In this document: positions 22,924-33,243 of the stretch, piece by piece
Position numbering within the stretch: the first letter of the stretch is position 1
Layout: each line of letters begins with the position of its first letter
Origin: a virus
Lineage: Duplodnaviria > Caudoviricetes
Strand: one strand, 5' to 3'
Virus record (IMG/VR): IMGVR_UViG_3300025400_000022
Coordinates: 1-56,895 of that record
DNA: 56,895 nucleotides
Program-made: the position numbers and the translations under genes
Notes under the pieces: model-generated
Told to the model about the DNA's origin: nothing
Database searches by the model: none
Seen by the model: the letters and a program-made list of their open reading frames with translations, nothing else

Positions 22924-23236
22924 TTTTACCGAGTTTGAAATCTATCAGTTCATCAACACTCTTGCTGATGCGCGCCCAGATTTTTACAACTACGCGGCTT
23001 GTAAGAACCAAGGAATTGCAAACTTTTTTCCCGGTCGGGGCAAGTCCTCGGTCATTAAAAAGGCAATAAATACATGCAGGTTTTGTCCTGTCCAGTACGA
23101 ATGCTTTGAATACGCAATGAACACACAAACCGAAGACGGGGTTTGGGGCGGAAGCACGCCAGAAGAGCGCACGAAATTAATTCAAGCCAACATTAGCGTA
23201 GAGGAAGCATGGCTAAGCCTAGAATCAAAAGAGTGA
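22907..23236 (+). CDS. whiB: WhiB-family regulator
   Basis: AACK...FFP.RG....A...CRFCPV..EC..YA......GVWGGSTPEER. Confidence 0.9.
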   Translation: MLPEFNFTEFEIYQFINTLADARPDFYNYAACKNQGIANFFPGRGKSSVIKKAINTCRFCPVQYECFEYAMNTQTEDGVWGGSTPEERTKLIQANISVEEAWLSLESKE

Positions 23237-23482
23237 AGAGGGCGCTTCTACTTCTTGGCGTTGTTTTTCTAATTCTTTGACCCGCTTGGGGTATTCAGGT
23301 TCCATTGTGCAACACATATGCACCTCATCAAAAGCGGCAAAAGCGCCCTCAAGTTGCTGAGGGCACAGGTCCCCGCAAACAATGCAGGGCACCCAGAGCA
23401 ATTTTTCTTCTTTGCTAAGGTATAGATTGCTACGCTTTGCGTATTCTATGCTTGACTGAGAAGGCTCTTTGTTTCGCTTCAT
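23225..23482 (-). CDS. Hypothetical Cys-containing protein
   Basis: ATGA overlap; CxxC. Confidence 0.6.
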   Translation of the reverse strand: MKRNKEPSQSSIEYAKRSNLYLSKEEKLLWVPCIVCGDLCPQQLEGAFAAFDEVHMCCTMEPEYPKRVKELEKQRQEVEAPSSLF

Positions 23483-24471
23483 AGAATCTGTTGGTCACTC
23501 CATCCAAACGGTCCGCAGCCGGAACCGACTAACAATGTTAGCATACCTGGGGGGCAGTTGACGCCCGCAGTGCTAGTAATCCAGTGTGAGCCGCCGTCTG
23601 CGGCTGGTGCCATAAAGACTTGACGACCCGTTGCGCTCGAGGCTACGTAGTGGTGCAGGTGGCCACAGAAAAGAATCTTAGCCTTAGAGACGGGCTGATT
23701 TCCCATTACCTGTCCCTGCCACCATGATTCAATCTTGCCAATGCTACCGTTGGTCTTTACCCAGTTCTTATTGCTTCCATTGCGGAAAGAGTGACCGTGT
23801 GCAAAGGCGCAAGTAACGCCGGCAATGTCAAGGGTCATTGTAAGGTCTTCGGCAATGGCGCCGAGGGGAATGCTTACGTTAGCGTAGCGTTCTGGGTTGT
23901 GCGCAATGATTTCGGATACGCCGTCAAAGATAGCAAGGTCGTCGTTGTCAGTCCAAGACGTATACGCTTTTCCGTAGGCGTTGCGATTCTCTCCGTGGTT
24001 GCCCGGAACGGCCCCTAGAACGACCCTGTAGCCCTCGTCAACCAACAGGTCGACTATTCGCATTACCAAACGACGAGCGACCCGCATTTGCTCACGACGG
24101 TCGAGGTCCGTATTGGCGGTCTGCATTGCGTAGTGTCCCGAACATTGTTCGATAAGGTCACCCAGACCCACAAGATAAACCGTTGTTACGCCGCGCCCAA
24201 GTTTTTTCAAATCACGGAGGCGGAAAATAAGACGGTCTTGGAACGTAACAATCCGATTGACAATGGCTTTGCTGCCACCGCCCTCCATTTTTCCCATTTG
24301 CCAGTCGGCCAAAAGCGCCAACATAGCAACTTCGCCCTCTGGCTCAACTGGCTTTGCCGGCTTCTTTCGCTCAACCATTTTTTGAAGAGCCGTTAGGTCT
24401 TCTTGGTCAACCTCAATTGGCTCAAGACGGTGACGGTAAAATTCGGTCAAATCCAGTTTCTTAGATGCCAT
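23479..24471 (-). CDS. Calcineurin-like metallophosphoesterase / nuclease
   Basis: ADWQMGK, GLGDLIE, VPGNHGE, AHGH, CGHLHH. Confidence 0.88.
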   Translation of the reverse strand: MASKKLDLTEFYRHRLEPIEVDQEDLTALQKMVERKKPAKPVEPEGEVAMLALLADWQMGKMEGGGSKAIVNRIVTFQDRLIFRLRDLKKLGRGVTTVYLVGLGDLIEQCSGHYAMQTANTDLDRREQMRVARRLVMRIVDLLVDEGYRVVLGAVPGNHGENRNAYGKAYTSWTDNDDLAIFDGVSEIIAHNPERYANVSIPLGAIAEDLTMTLDIAGVTCAFAHGHSFRNGSNKNWVKTNGSIGKIESWWQGQVMGNQPVSKAKILFCGHLHHYVASSATGRQVFMAPAADGGSHWITSTAGVNCPPGMLTLLVGSGCGPFGWSDQQIL

Positions 24472-24694
24472 AGCAAATACATTCCTTTTTACGATGCCTT
24501 AAAAGGGCGGGGTGCTTGGCGTCAAGGCCGCGCTTCTGAATAAAGCGCACAATAGAGGCGCCGTCAATGGTTGTTTCCAATAGCGCCGCTTCAACCTTTT
24601 CACGGTCTTCTTTGTCAAGGCGCTGAATTAACTGGTTGGAAATGCAAATACGTTTTGGTTTCTCAAGAAACTCGGACAAATCGGGTTTAGCCAT
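24461..24694 (-). CDS. Hypothetical protein (C..HR..C.C motif)
   Basis: Start MAKPDLSEF after GAAGGGA. Confidence 0.7.
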   Translation of the reverse strand: MAKPDLSEFLEKPKRICISNQLIQRLDKEDREKVEAALLETTIDGASIVRFIQKRGLDAKHPALLRHRKKECICYGI

Positions 24695-24737
24695 TGGGTG
24701 TTCCCTTCTAAAAAACACCCCCAGTTTATCATTGTAA

Positions 24738-25121
24738 TTACCCTAAAGGAAACGCAGGCTGTTCGATAATAAGTTGCTTGTCGTTCGAGCGAACCTTGGT
24801 CTTTGTAGAGTCAATGTTTACTTCTTCGGAAGGTTCGCCCATCCACGAATACACCCAAACGCCCGCGGGGTAAAGGCTAGAGTCAATAGACGCTTGGTAC
24901 GCGCCGACACTGGTACGCACAATGGTTCCCGTGGTGTCGCCCACCCCGTTTGTGTATTTAAAGGTTAAAAGGGTTGTGGAGCCGTCGTTGCCATTGATTT
25001 GCACGCCAAGGTACACAAGGTCGGGGTCAACAACCGTTCCCAAGTACGACGTAAAGGGTTCGCCGGTTGTAAGAATAACGGCAGTTCCCTGTTCGTATTT
25101 GTTTACTGTTACTGGATACAT
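24738..25121 (-). CDS. Putative virion beta-sandwich protein
   Basis: VDPD.V.L..IVRTSVG.Y..ID....GVWVY.W; end of structural operon. Confidence 0.6.
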   Translation of the reverse strand: MYPVTVNKYEQGTAVILTTGEPFTSYLGTVVDPDLVYLGVQINGNDGSTTLLTFKYTNGVGDTTGTIVRTSVGAYQASIDSSLYPAGVWVYSWMGEPSEEVNIDSTKTKVRSNDKQLIIEQPAFPLG

Positions 25122-25324
25122 TATTGCTCCTGATTGTTGTCTTTGCCCCAGAGCGCGTCGGCGTGGTCCGCCCCGCTAACCGTAGCAGAAATGTCTAAGT
25201 TCCAAAGTTTTGCAGAAAAGTCAATTGCTACAACGTTGCCTGGCTGCGCCGTTAATTGTGGGTAGGTCGGGCTGGTGTACCAAGTTTTAGGAAGACCGTA
25301 ATATCCTTGATTAAATAATGACAT
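25121..25324 (-). CDS. Hypothetical protein
   Basis: RBS AGGAG; TAATG coupling. Confidence 0.65.
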   Translation of the reverse strand: MSLFNQGYYGLPKTWYTSPTYPQLTAQPGNVVAIDFSAKLWNLDISATVSGADHADALWGKDNNQEQ

Positions 25325-25373
25325 TAAAGTCTCCTGTCAGTTTTGCCAATTTGCTGTAAATGCCTAAAATTTT

Positions 25374-26216
25374 TTAAAAAGTGATGGTGTTCGAGTTGGT
25401 GTTGATGTCAAACACGACGTACTTGTAGTTGCCGTTGGTCTGCACCGTAGGGGGGACGGTGCCGTTGAACTTGGGCGTCCCTTTGTAAGCCGAGGCAGGC
25501 CACGCCAAAATAACCACGCCGTAGTTGCCGTTTGCGCCGTTGGCTAAAGCAGTGTTGCCAGCGTATCCACCGCACCCGTAGGTCGTGGGGCCAGAGGTCT
25601 GTCCTGCGGACCCACCGATGCAGTAGGTCACTGACGTTCCGGTAATCGTGTTTGCCAGTCCTGCGCCGCCGGTTCCCGTTGAAGTTCCGACCGCGCTCGC
25701 ACCACCACCACCGGCTCCTATGCCGCTTCCCGACGGAGCGGTACCACCGGCATAAACATTAGTTCCTATTGCGGCCCCGCCAGCGCCACTTGCTCTACCA
25801 CCACCACCGCCAGAGCCACCTGCACTACCAAACGTTGCCGATGTTCCGCCGAGGCCACCATAACCACCACCGTTGGCGATGATAATTTTCTGATTGCCAA
25901 GTGCGCCGTAGGCGATGGAAGAATTAGTACCTGTAGTTCCCGATACGTCGCCTATGCCCCCAAAGCCAGGAATACCCGAAAGGATGGTGAGGACTGTGCC
26001 AGGGGTAATGCCACTGAGTTTGGGGCTGGTCACTCCACCAGTAGCGAAGGTCGCGGTCTGAAGCAGGTCGCCCGCACCTCCACCACCACCAAAGCGAGCG
26101 GGGCCCGAGCCACCACCTCCGCCTCCGCCACCGATGACGAGGTAGTCCAGCGAGAACGAGTAGAACTCGCCAAGTGCGTGTGATGTGTTCGAAGCAAGCG
26201 TTGAGGTGAGTGGCAT
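25374..26216 (-). CDS. Glycine-rich tail fibre-associated protein
   Basis: YLVIGGGGGGG..GGGGGAG..GGSGGGGG..GVVIL motifs typical of Gly-rich phage tail proteins. Confidence 0.75.
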   Translation of the reverse strand: MPLTSTLASNTSHALGEFYSFSLDYLVIGGGGGGGGSGPARFGGGGGAGDLLQTATFATGGVTSPKLSGITPGTVLTILSGIPGFGGIGDVSGTTGTNSSIAYGALGNQKIIIANGGGYGGLGGTSATFGSAGGSGGGGGRASGAGGAAIGTNVYAGGTAPSGSGIGAGGGGASAVGTSTGTGGAGLANTITGTSVTYCIGGSAGQTSGPTTYGCGGYAGNTALANGANGNYGVVILAWPASAYKGTPKFNGTVPPTVQTNGNYKYVVFDINTNSNTITF

Positions 26217-29200
26217 TAGAACTGTGTCTGGGAAGCGAGAACGGTGTAGGTGCTTGCGGCGGTCTTGATAATCGTGACGGTGTAGGCGTACATTGTCGAG
26301 AGGGCTGGGGTTGAGGGAGCGGAGCCACCCTGCCAGTTCACGGTTTGCGAGGTTCCGTCTACCGAGATACCGGTGAGGTAGTAGGCGTTTGATGACCCGT
26401 TCGTGACCAGCACCGTGAAAGTGAATGACTGCCCGACACCAAGAGCGGCGTTCAGCGTCTGCCCCGAGGTCGAGGCCACGTTGAAGGTGAAGTTTGCGCT
26501 CGGCGTTCCGGTGTTCAGGATGAGCGAGCCGTTGGTGTAGGAGTAGATGTTGTAGGTTCCGTTGAGAACGGTGCTATCGACGTAGGCAAGTTCAAACGAC
26601 GATTTCAGGACTGGCGTTGTGAGCAGTGGGCTGGTGGACTGAACAACGCTGCCGTTGCCGGTGTAGTTCGTGTTACCGCCAATGAAGTACCAAACGCCCG
26701 AATAGTAGATGAGAGATGCGCTGAAGTAGTACGGCAGGGTGTAGGCCGTGTTCGTGGTTGAACTGCCGAAAGCGATGGTGTCGGTTCCGCCTCGGTTGAT
26801 GGTCGCGGCGTTCGTGTTGTTGTAGATGGTGTTGATAGTGCCGTTCGCCGGAGCCGAGGGGAGCGTAACCGACCCCGAGAAGCCGACACCTAAGAACGAG
26901 TTTTCTCCTGCGGCTGGGGCCGCGCCGCCCGATGAGGTGTAGGACTTGAAGTTGCCAGCCTGACCAAGAACGGTGGCTTGCGCCGAGGTAATCGACTTGC
27001 CTTGAATTGCTGCAACAGTGGGGTTGGGGTACGAGCCTGTAAGGTCGCCGCCAGCGGTACCTGTTGAGGGGCCCGTGGCACCTTGGTACCCTTGGTAGCC
27101 CTGATAACCTTGCGGTCCTTGAGCGCCATTTACTCCATTTGCGCCCTGCGCTCCTTGCGCACCGTTTGCACCGTTTGCACCTTGAACGCCTTGGTTTCCT
27201 TGATAGCCCTGTGAACCTTGTGTACCAGTAGAACCTGCTGTCCCTTGGTATCCTTGAGGGCCCTGAACAGATGCGCCTTGGTATCCTTGAGGACCTGTTG
27301 CACCCTGGGCCCCTTGAGCCCCCGTGGCACCCTGCGAACCAGTTGCACCAACGACGCCTTGATAACCTTGACTGCCCTGAGCACCAGTAGCACCCGTAGC
27401 GCCCTGAACGCCCGTGGCACCCTGAGCACCGGTTGCGCCCTGTGAGCCTTGAGCACCAGCATTGTTTGAGTAAATAAGACCGGTGCCGCTTGGATTAACC
27501 ACAAGTGCTTGACCGGCGGTGCCAATTGTAGAAAGACCAGTTCCACCATTAGTAGTGGGGAGCACACCAGAAACGTTATTCGTTAATGAAAGGGTGCCAA
27601 TAAGGTTTGACAAGTTGTTGCTGTTTGTCATGTACCAATTGCCGCCGTTGTAGTTGACAAAACTTAACGTTCCATAGGATAACAAGGTGTAAGTAGTGAC
27701 GCTTGAGCCGGAACCAAGCGGGTACATTGAGTTGGCAAAACTCAGCGTGACTGAGTTGGCGCTGTTGTTAATAATTGTCCAAGAAGAACCGTCAATGGGG
27801 TTGCTAGGGGTTGAAAGTGTTTGACCTGCGGTTCCGGTAAATACCGTTATCTCGTTGCGTCCGACCGTTGCCGTTGCCGAACGCAAAACAAGGTGATTTG
27901 AAATAGTGGTAGACCAGCCAGCAGTAGAACCGGTGTATACCCACATAGTTGCGGTCTGGTCAATTACAAAGTCGCCAACCGTCCACGTTCCCGAAGTAGG
28001 TGCGCCGTTTATCGTGCCACCGACAAAACGAGCACCAGACGTAGCGCCGGTAAGGCCCGTAGCCTTAAAGTCAGTCGCAACATCTTCTCCGGAAAGAGAG
28101 ATAGACGTACCAGCAACGGCACCCGTTAAGGTGCCACCGCTAAGGGGAAGGTATGGGCCGCCGCTAAGACCTTGTGCCCCTTGAGCACCTTGGGCACCTT
28201 GAGCACCTTGGGCACCTTGGGCCCCCTGCGAGCCAACAACCTGAGCCCAAGTGCCCGGTGAACCCGCAGCGGTGCAAATCCAAATAGCCCCCGTGCGGTC
28301 AACCGCAAAGTCACCAACAAGATAGGCGTAACTTGTTGAATTTGGAGCGCCGGAAGTTGTAGAACCAACAAATCGTGACGACTGAAGGCCCAATGCAGAA
28401 GAAACTTGCAGTGGTCCACCGTTTACAACAAGGCTTCCTTTTTGCGCAACTCCACCATCATTCCATTGAACATAATTTACTGCACCCGACTGTTTTAATA
28501 CAGTAATGGTTGATGAACCGTTTGCGTAAATAACTGGCGTACTAACGTACTGAGAAAAAATACCCTGCGTTCCGTTAAGGGGGTTGGTTATTGTTCCGCC
28601 ATTAAAAGTCGTGGAACCTTGGGGACCTTGATTGCCTTGAGCACCATTGGAACCCTGGGCGCCCGTTGAACCTTGAAAACCCTGATAACCTTGGGGCCCC
28701 TGAACAGATGCGCCTTGGTATCCTTGTGGCCCCTGAACAGATGCGCCTTGGTATCCTTGTGGCCCTTGAGCGCCCGTAGGGCCCTGCAAGCCGGTGCTTC
28801 CCTGCGCGCCCGTTGAACCTTGAATGCCTTGGTTGCCTTGAAAACCTTGGTTTCCTTGCGTTCCCTGGGCGCCAGTCTGGCCTTGAACGCCTTGAATGCC
28901 TTGGTTTCCTTGAGGCCCTTGAACGCCTTGCGTTCCTTGACTGCCTTGAACACCAGTCTGGCCTTGAACGCCTTGCGTTCCCTGATAACCCTGTGGGCCT
29001 TGTGGACCGGTAAGACCCTGCACGTATGAAAGTGCTTGGTTGGCGGTGGTGATTGCTGATTGAACGCCATGGTTAAACTGAAGGCTTTCGGTTGCTGAGG
29101 CACCGTGAAAAACGTCGTTTGTTTTGTTTTGCGTGGTCTGGTGGTAGTGGGCAGAGATGATGTTGCCGTCGTATCCACGACCGTTGTTTGTGCCGTCTGT

Positions 29201-29476
29201 CCAAACCGCAATGGTGGAGGTTGCCAGATTAACAGAAGAGCAAAGAATGTGCTCCTCGTTTGTTTCGCCCGGATTCAACACAATTACAAATGGACCTGAA
29301 GTGCCAAGCGGGTTTGTTGTTGCTTGACCCGTGGCGCTTACTTCGTACCAACCCGCCAAAGAAGCAACCGTGATGCCTTGATTGGGGATGTAAGAGTTAG
29401 GTACGTCTGTTGTAATGTACGTGGGCGGAACGGAGCCTCCGTACGAACGAATTGTTGTTGAAGTTGGGTATGCCAT
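26216..29476 (-). CDS. Long tail fibre with collagen-like G-X-Q repeats
   Basis: Three collagen tracts, [13 protein letters not shown] and GGTG shaft motifs, Ser/Thr-rich C-terminal domain. Confidence 0.88.
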   Translation of the reverse strand: MAYPTSTTIRSYGGSVPPTYITTDVPNSYIPNQGITVASLAGWYEVSATGQATTNPLGTSGPFVIVLNPGETNEEHILCSSVNLATSTIAVWTDGTNNGRGYDGNIISAHYHQTTQNKTNDVFHGASATESLQFNHGVQSAITTANQALSYVQGLTGPQGPQGYQGTQGVQGQTGVQGSQGTQGVQGPQGNQGIQGVQGQTGAQGTQGNQGFQGNQGIQGSTGAQGSTGLQGPTGAQGPQGYQGASVQGPQGYQGASVQGPQGYQGFQGSTGAQGSNGAQGNQGPQGSTTFNGGTITNPLNGTQGIFSQYVSTPVIYANGSSTITVLKQSGAVNYVQWNDGGVAQKGSLVVNGGPLQVSSALGLQSSRFVGSTTSGAPNSTSYAYLVGDFAVDRTGAIWICTAAGSPGTWAQVVGSQGAQGAQGAQGAQGAQGAQGLSGGPYLPLSGGTLTGAVAGTSISLSGEDVATDFKATGLTGATSGARFVGGTINGAPTSGTWTVGDFVIDQTATMWVYTGSTAGWSTTISNHLVLRSATATVGRNEITVFTGTAGQTLSTPSNPIDGSSWTIINNSANSVTLSFANSMYPLGSGSSVTTYTLLSYGTLSFVNYNGGNWYMTNSNNLSNLIGTLSLTNNVSGVLPTTNGGTGLSTIGTAGQALVVNPSGTGLIYSNNAGAQGSQGATGAQGATGVQGATGATGAQGSQGYQGVVGATGSQGATGAQGAQGATGPQGYQGASVQGPQGYQGTAGSTGTQGSQGYQGNQGVQGANGANGAQGAQGANGVNGAQGPQGYQGYQGYQGATGPSTGTAGGDLTGSYPNPTVAAIQGKSITSAQATVLGQAGNFKSYTSSGGAAPAAGENSFLGVGFSGSVTLPSAPANGTINTIYNNTNAATINRGGTDTIAFGSSTTNTAYTLPYYFSASLIYYSGVWYFIGGNTNYTGNGSVVQSTSPLLTTPVLKSSFELAYVDSTVLNGTYNIYSYTNGSLILNTGTPSANFTFNVASTSGQTLNAALGVGQSFTFTVLVTNGSSNAYYLTGISVDGTSQTVNWQGGSAPSTPALSTMYAYTVTIIKTAASTYTVLASQTQF

Positions 29477-29479
29477 TGT

Positions 29480-29923
29480 TTATTTTTCCTCAGTAACCGG
29501 TGATATTAAACCGCGAACGTATTTTTCTGCTTCAAAATCAGAGGCGGCAGCAACGTGAATTCCGCCTGCGCCACGGTGGTGGGCTTCGCAAAGCCACATA
29601 AGGTTTTCTGCGGACTCGACCCATGCGCCAACAATTGAAGGGTCCGAAACGCCGGGGTAGTCAGCCTCGAGCCACTTTAAGTCTACACCATTCTGCAAGG
29701 AAAACTCGATGTGTGCATGGTGCAATTCTAAAGGCTTGCTTAGCGAACATTCGCTAAAGTCGTTGCGGTGAGCGCCAATAGCGCATACCGCCGTTGCTTT
29801 TGTGCGACGACGATATGCGTTAAAGTCTTTGTAATGCGGGTCGTGCTCACGTGGTTCGTGATGCGGATAATGAACCACGTAGTGATGCGTTACACCCTGG
29901 TCATGAGCCGGGGTCTCGAGCAT
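29480..29923 (-). CDS. His-rich protein, HNH-like
   Basis: C..ELHH.HIE..NL..LCEAHHRG..GIH. Confidence 0.5.
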   Translation of the reverse strand: MLETPAHDQGVTHHYVVHYPHHEPREHDPHYKDFNAYRRRTKATAVCAIGAHRNDFSECSLSKPLELHHAHIEFSLQNGVDLKWLEADYPGVSDPSIVGAWVESAENLMWLCEAHHRGAGGIHVAAASDFEAEKYVRGLISPVTEEK

Positions 29924-30349
29924 CTAGAAAGAACCCTCAGTAAGTACGTTAACCGAAGAGATTGTGGCGCTGTTAGTTGTAGTCACCTTGATGTACCACT
30001 GCGAAGGAACTCGCACCGTAATGGCGTGGTTGTTTGCCGCGTTGCCCGCAGACGAAGGAATAACTACGTTTGCACAAGCACTAGTTGAACCAAAAGCAAC
30101 TTGAACTGTACCGTTTGTGGCACCGCCAATAAAGATGTAGTACGTGGCAAAACAAGGAGCGGTGTTTTGCACCGCCGTGCCAGACGTGAATGGGACGTTG
30201 CTAGTAAACGCAGGCGCAAATCCACCCACCTGAACATTTGCTGTCCCATTGAAGTGCTGAACAGAACCTGAAGTTGTGTCAAAAAATACAGGGTATGGAG
30301 AAATGGGGTGGTTTGGAGTGTTGCTAAAAAGAGTGTTGCTGGTTGTCAT
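29924..30349 (-). CDS. Putative virion beta-rich protein
   Basis: Ser/Thr/Ala-rich; RBS AAGGAG. Confidence 0.6.
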   Translation of the reverse strand: MTTSNTLFSNTPNHPISPYPVFFDTTSGSVQHFNGTANVQVGGFAPAFTSNVPFTSGTAVQNTAPCFATYYIFIGGATNGTVQVAFGSTSACANVVIPSSAGNAANNHAITVRVPSQWYIKVTTTNSATISSVNVLTEGSF

Positions 30350-30358
30350 AATGACTCC

Positions 30359-30880
30359 TTAATAAATTTGTACGCCACCACCACCGAGAACGCCGTCGAA
30401 CTCAGCAGGGGTAATGTCGAATGGGTCGGTTGGGCAGTCCCAAGAGCCGTGCTCCCAAGAGCGGGCCACAAGGGCAGAGCAGATGAGTGTGTCGGCAATG
30501 CGAATGTCAAAACGGAAAAATGCCGGAAGCATAATGTTGATAGCAATGCTGACAATGGTAAGTACGCCATACTTTGTGCCCAATTGACGTTGCGCATAGG
30601 CAACCGCTTCTTCACAATTGACTGTTTTGGGGCAGGGAATCACTTTGACGTGACCGCCGGGGGCAACGTCCTCAATGCGCACGCGCTCACAGCGTCGAGC
30701 CATTTGAATGACCCAAACTTGACCGTTTGCGTCAACCGATTCAACAATTGCCATGTGGTTCCATGAGCGATACTTCCACCAGCGAACGGCTTGAGCAAAG
30801 CGAATCATTGCGCCGTAAGGGTTGTGGGTGTGCGCAAAAACTGCGTCGCCTGGCTGTGGAATATAGTTGTTGTTAGTCAA
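30359..30880 (-). CDS. Permuted papain-like NlpC/P60 (YiiX-type) hydrolase
   Basis: QPGD..F.H, WNH.AIV, A...LG.KY, ICSALVA..W (His precedes Cys). Confidence 0.78.
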   Translation of the reverse strand: MTNNNYIPQPGDAVFAHTHNPYGAMIRFAQAVRWWKYRSWNHMAIVESVDANGQVWVIQMARRCERVRIEDVAPGGHVKVIPCPKTVNCEEAVAYAQRQLGTKYGVLTIVSIAINIMLPAFFRFDIRIADTLICSALVARSWEHGSWDCPTDPFDITPAEFDGVLGGGGVQIY

Positions 30881-31604
30881 GGTTTTTTAGGTCCTCTTGC
30901 AAAGAAAGAATATTTACGTTCCAAACGGGGCCGTGGTCAAGTTCAACAAATGCTTCTGGGATAACAACCCATGCTTCAGAGCCGTAGGTTTCCCACCATT
31001 GCCACGTCATCGACTCTGTGGCGCCCCAAGTGATAATGTCTACACCAAACCTGTTACAGCCCGTAGCCACGACACAGTGGCCACCAGAGGCTTCCTCCGC
31101 GTACTGGGGAACATGCCAGGGTTGGTGAGACTCAAACTGGGTTTCCGCATCTGGCGGCATTTCAACACCAAGGTAGACAGAGCCAAAAAGGTAAATGGCA
31201 GCAGCCAACTCATCACGGTTTTTGATATTAACCGGCGCATAAGCAGAGATTTTTGTTCCAAACAATCCATCGTTCATCCATGTCTTTAAGACTTCATGCT
31301 CAACCAGGCCCGTGTCGGCGCCGCCAGTGAGTTTAAAGTATTCTTGCTTTACGGCTTCATCGCCTGGGTACTCAAAAACCTCACCGATTTCTGCGTAAGC
31401 AAGTTGAAGCATGTGAATAACGCCTGCAATGGTGCAGTCGCCATACGTGTCATTAAGGGCCATTGGGTAGTCCTTGACACGATTGGAGTAGTCAAAAGAA
31501 CGTGGCGCAGATGGAACCGTGCCCTTAACGTAATTGGACAGGGTGCCCATTGAAAGTTTTACGGCTGGGGCCTTGCCCCGCCGTCCAGCGATACGTTCTT
31601 GCAT
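30873..31604 (-). CDS. Papain-fold (C1-like) cysteine peptidase
   Basis: ND.YGDCT.AG..H, GGHCV.A.G, ITWG. Confidence 0.75.
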   Translation of the reverse strand: MQERIAGRRGKAPAVKLSMGTLSNYVKGTVPSAPRSFDYSNRVKDYPMALNDTYGDCTIAGVIHMLQLAYAEIGEVFEYPGDEAVKQEYFKLTGGADTGLVEHEVLKTWMNDGLFGTKISAYAPVNIKNRDELAAAIYLFGSVYLGVEMPPDAETQFESHQPWHVPQYAEEASGGHCVVATGCNRFGVDIITWGATESMTWQWWETYGSEAWVVIPEAFVELDHGPVWNVNILSLQEDLKNLD

Positions 31605-31904
31605 CTACTTTTCCTCTGTGACGTTCTTGTGAGACCAGTTGGTAGCGTGTTCTGTTGTAAACTTGCCAATAATTCCGATGGGAAGAATGCCTAGCCAGCC
31701 GCGCCAGCCAAGGTGAATGAGTTGTACGCCGGAAAAAGAGGCAAGGACAATGTTTACAATGTCGCTAAGCCCGTCCATGTTGCCGGCAAGTTTTGCGTGA
31801 CCTTCAGCAATTGCTTTGGTCAGAACAGTGTTGAGAACGTCGCGAGCAATCATGCAAACGCAACCAACAAATGAGTAAAACGCAACGTCTAACCAGATGT
31901 GCAT
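31605..31904 (-). CDS. Membrane protein, holin candidate
   Basis: Two to three hydrophobic segments within the lysis cluster. Confidence 0.5.
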   Translation of the reverse strand: MHIWLDVAFYSFVGCVCMIARDVLNTVLTKAIAEGHAKLAGNMDGLSDIVNIVLASFSGVQLIHLGWRGWLGILPIGIIGKFTTEHATNWSHKNVTEEK

Positions 31905-32269
31905 TACTTTCTTTCTTTCAGTTCAGACAAAATTTGCTTAATTTCCGCAAGCATTTCAGCGTGGTCAAGTGTTGTCTTAAGGTGAAACTTTTGCAACTCC
32001 GCAGAGATTTTGTCACTGCGCTTTGCTGCGATAAGAAGAACGGAACCTTGCAGCCCCGCCAGCATTGACAAGGCAAGGTTTAGCCGAAAATAAGGCGCGG
32101 GGTCAATTCCAAAACCGCCGCTGGCAATCCAAAACGTCATCAAAACGAGAAACGTCATTAGGAATGTCCATGTTCCCATTCCCAGGCGCATTCTGTCTGC
32201 CGCTCGTTCTCCAATTGTTCGTTCTTTGCCGGTCCGAACCGAAGGGTGAAACTCCCAGTGTTTTGCCAT
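31904..32269 (-). CDS. DUF1003-like membrane protein
   Basis: T.GERAAD....MG.WTF..DP.PY..LNL.LSMLAGLQG..LLIAAKR.D. Confidence 0.78.
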   Translation of the reverse strand: MAKHWEFHPSVRTGKERTIGERAADRMRLGMGTWTFLMTFLVLMTFWIASGGFGIDPAPYFRLNLALSMLAGLQGSVLLIAAKRSDKISAELQKFHLKTTLDHAEMLAEIKQILSELKERK

Positions 32270-32661
32270 TAATCATCATGCCCATCGTGATAGCCAAGGT
32301 GGCGTTCCATCACCTTTTCCAGTTTTTGAATGTAACGCTCCATGCGCTCCATCTGCTCGTCTACCTTTTTAAATCCTTCGTTTTGGTTTCGCTCTACACG
32401 GTCGATGGCGTCCTTCATGCTGGACCCGCCATTGTTTTTAGTTTCGTGGTGAATTTCTTCAACAGCCTTTGCCAAGTTCTTGATAAGGTCGCTGTCAAGT
32501 TCGGAGATAAGTTCTTCGCGAACTACGTTTTTGATTTGTTTGCGGTGGTGTCGCCAGACAAAAGCACCAACGGTACCCAGTCCGGCGAGGAACCAACCAA
32601 TGCTGTCCCAAAGGTTTGCTGTATTGCTAATCCAAGTTACAAATGTCTCTGCTACTAACAT
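32269..32661 (-). CDS. Membrane-anchored coiled-coil protein of the lysis cassette
   Basis: N-terminal TM segment; NNGGSSMKDAIDRVE motif. Confidence 0.72.
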   Translation of the reverse strand: MLVAETFVTWISNTANLWDSIGWFLAGLGTVGAFVWRHHRKQIKNVVREELISELDSDLIKNLAKAVEEIHHETKNNGGSSMKDAIDRVERNQNEGFKKVDEQMERMERYIQKLEKVMERHLGYHDGHDD

Positions 32662-32668
32662 GACGGTA

Positions 32669-33229
32669 CTATGCGGCTGGCGGCATGCGCACTGGCTTTG
32701 TGTTAGCCGTTACATTGCGAAGGAACGTTTGTGGCATGCGACCGTCGACGGGGTAACCGTGAGGATTTGCTGACGGTGGGTTAACCCAGCAGTATGTTGG
32801 GTTGCCCTGCTCGCCATGGCTTACCGTAAGAATGTCGTTGCCTTGAATTTCGACAATAATTGCTACATGTTCACCCACTCCGGGGCCGTAAACAACGTAG
32901 TCACCAACTTCAATGTCTTGAATTGTTGCCACGGGATTTTGCTTCACCCAAAGAGCAAGGTGCTCCTCATGGCTCAAAAGTGTGCCCGTGTAGCCTTCGT
33001 GGTCAAAGTTAAGCCCGTTGGGGTCGTTGCCCTGCGCCAAGTAGGCGTAAAGAGTGATGGAGCCCGAGCAGTCGGTTGTGATGGGAAACTTAATGGGCCA
33101 CTGACCGATGTTTGCCATGCGGTTTGCGCCCTCTGAATAAACCCAGTGTTCGGGGTGCTTGATGCGGTCAGCAACCGCCCAATGGGCCCATGCGACTTCG
33201 GCGGTGCGGTGGTCAATAGGTGTTGTCAT
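32669..33229 (-). CDS. NlpC/P60 peptidoglycan endopeptidase (endolysin candidate)
   Basis: YS.G..R, DCSG, YTGTLL, GD.VVYG....HVAI.V, VSHG. Confidence 0.82.
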   Translation of the reverse strand: MTTPIDHRTAEVAWAHWAVADRIKHPEHWVYSEGANRMANIGQWPIKFPITTDCSGSITLYAYLAQGNDPNGLNFDHEGYTGTLLSHEEHLALWVKQNPVATIQDIEVGDYVVYGPGVGEHVAIIVEIQGNDILTVSHGEQGNPTYCWVNPPSANPHGYPVDGRMPQTFLRNVTANTKPVRMPPAA

Positions 33230-33243
33230 ATTTGTCCTTTGTT

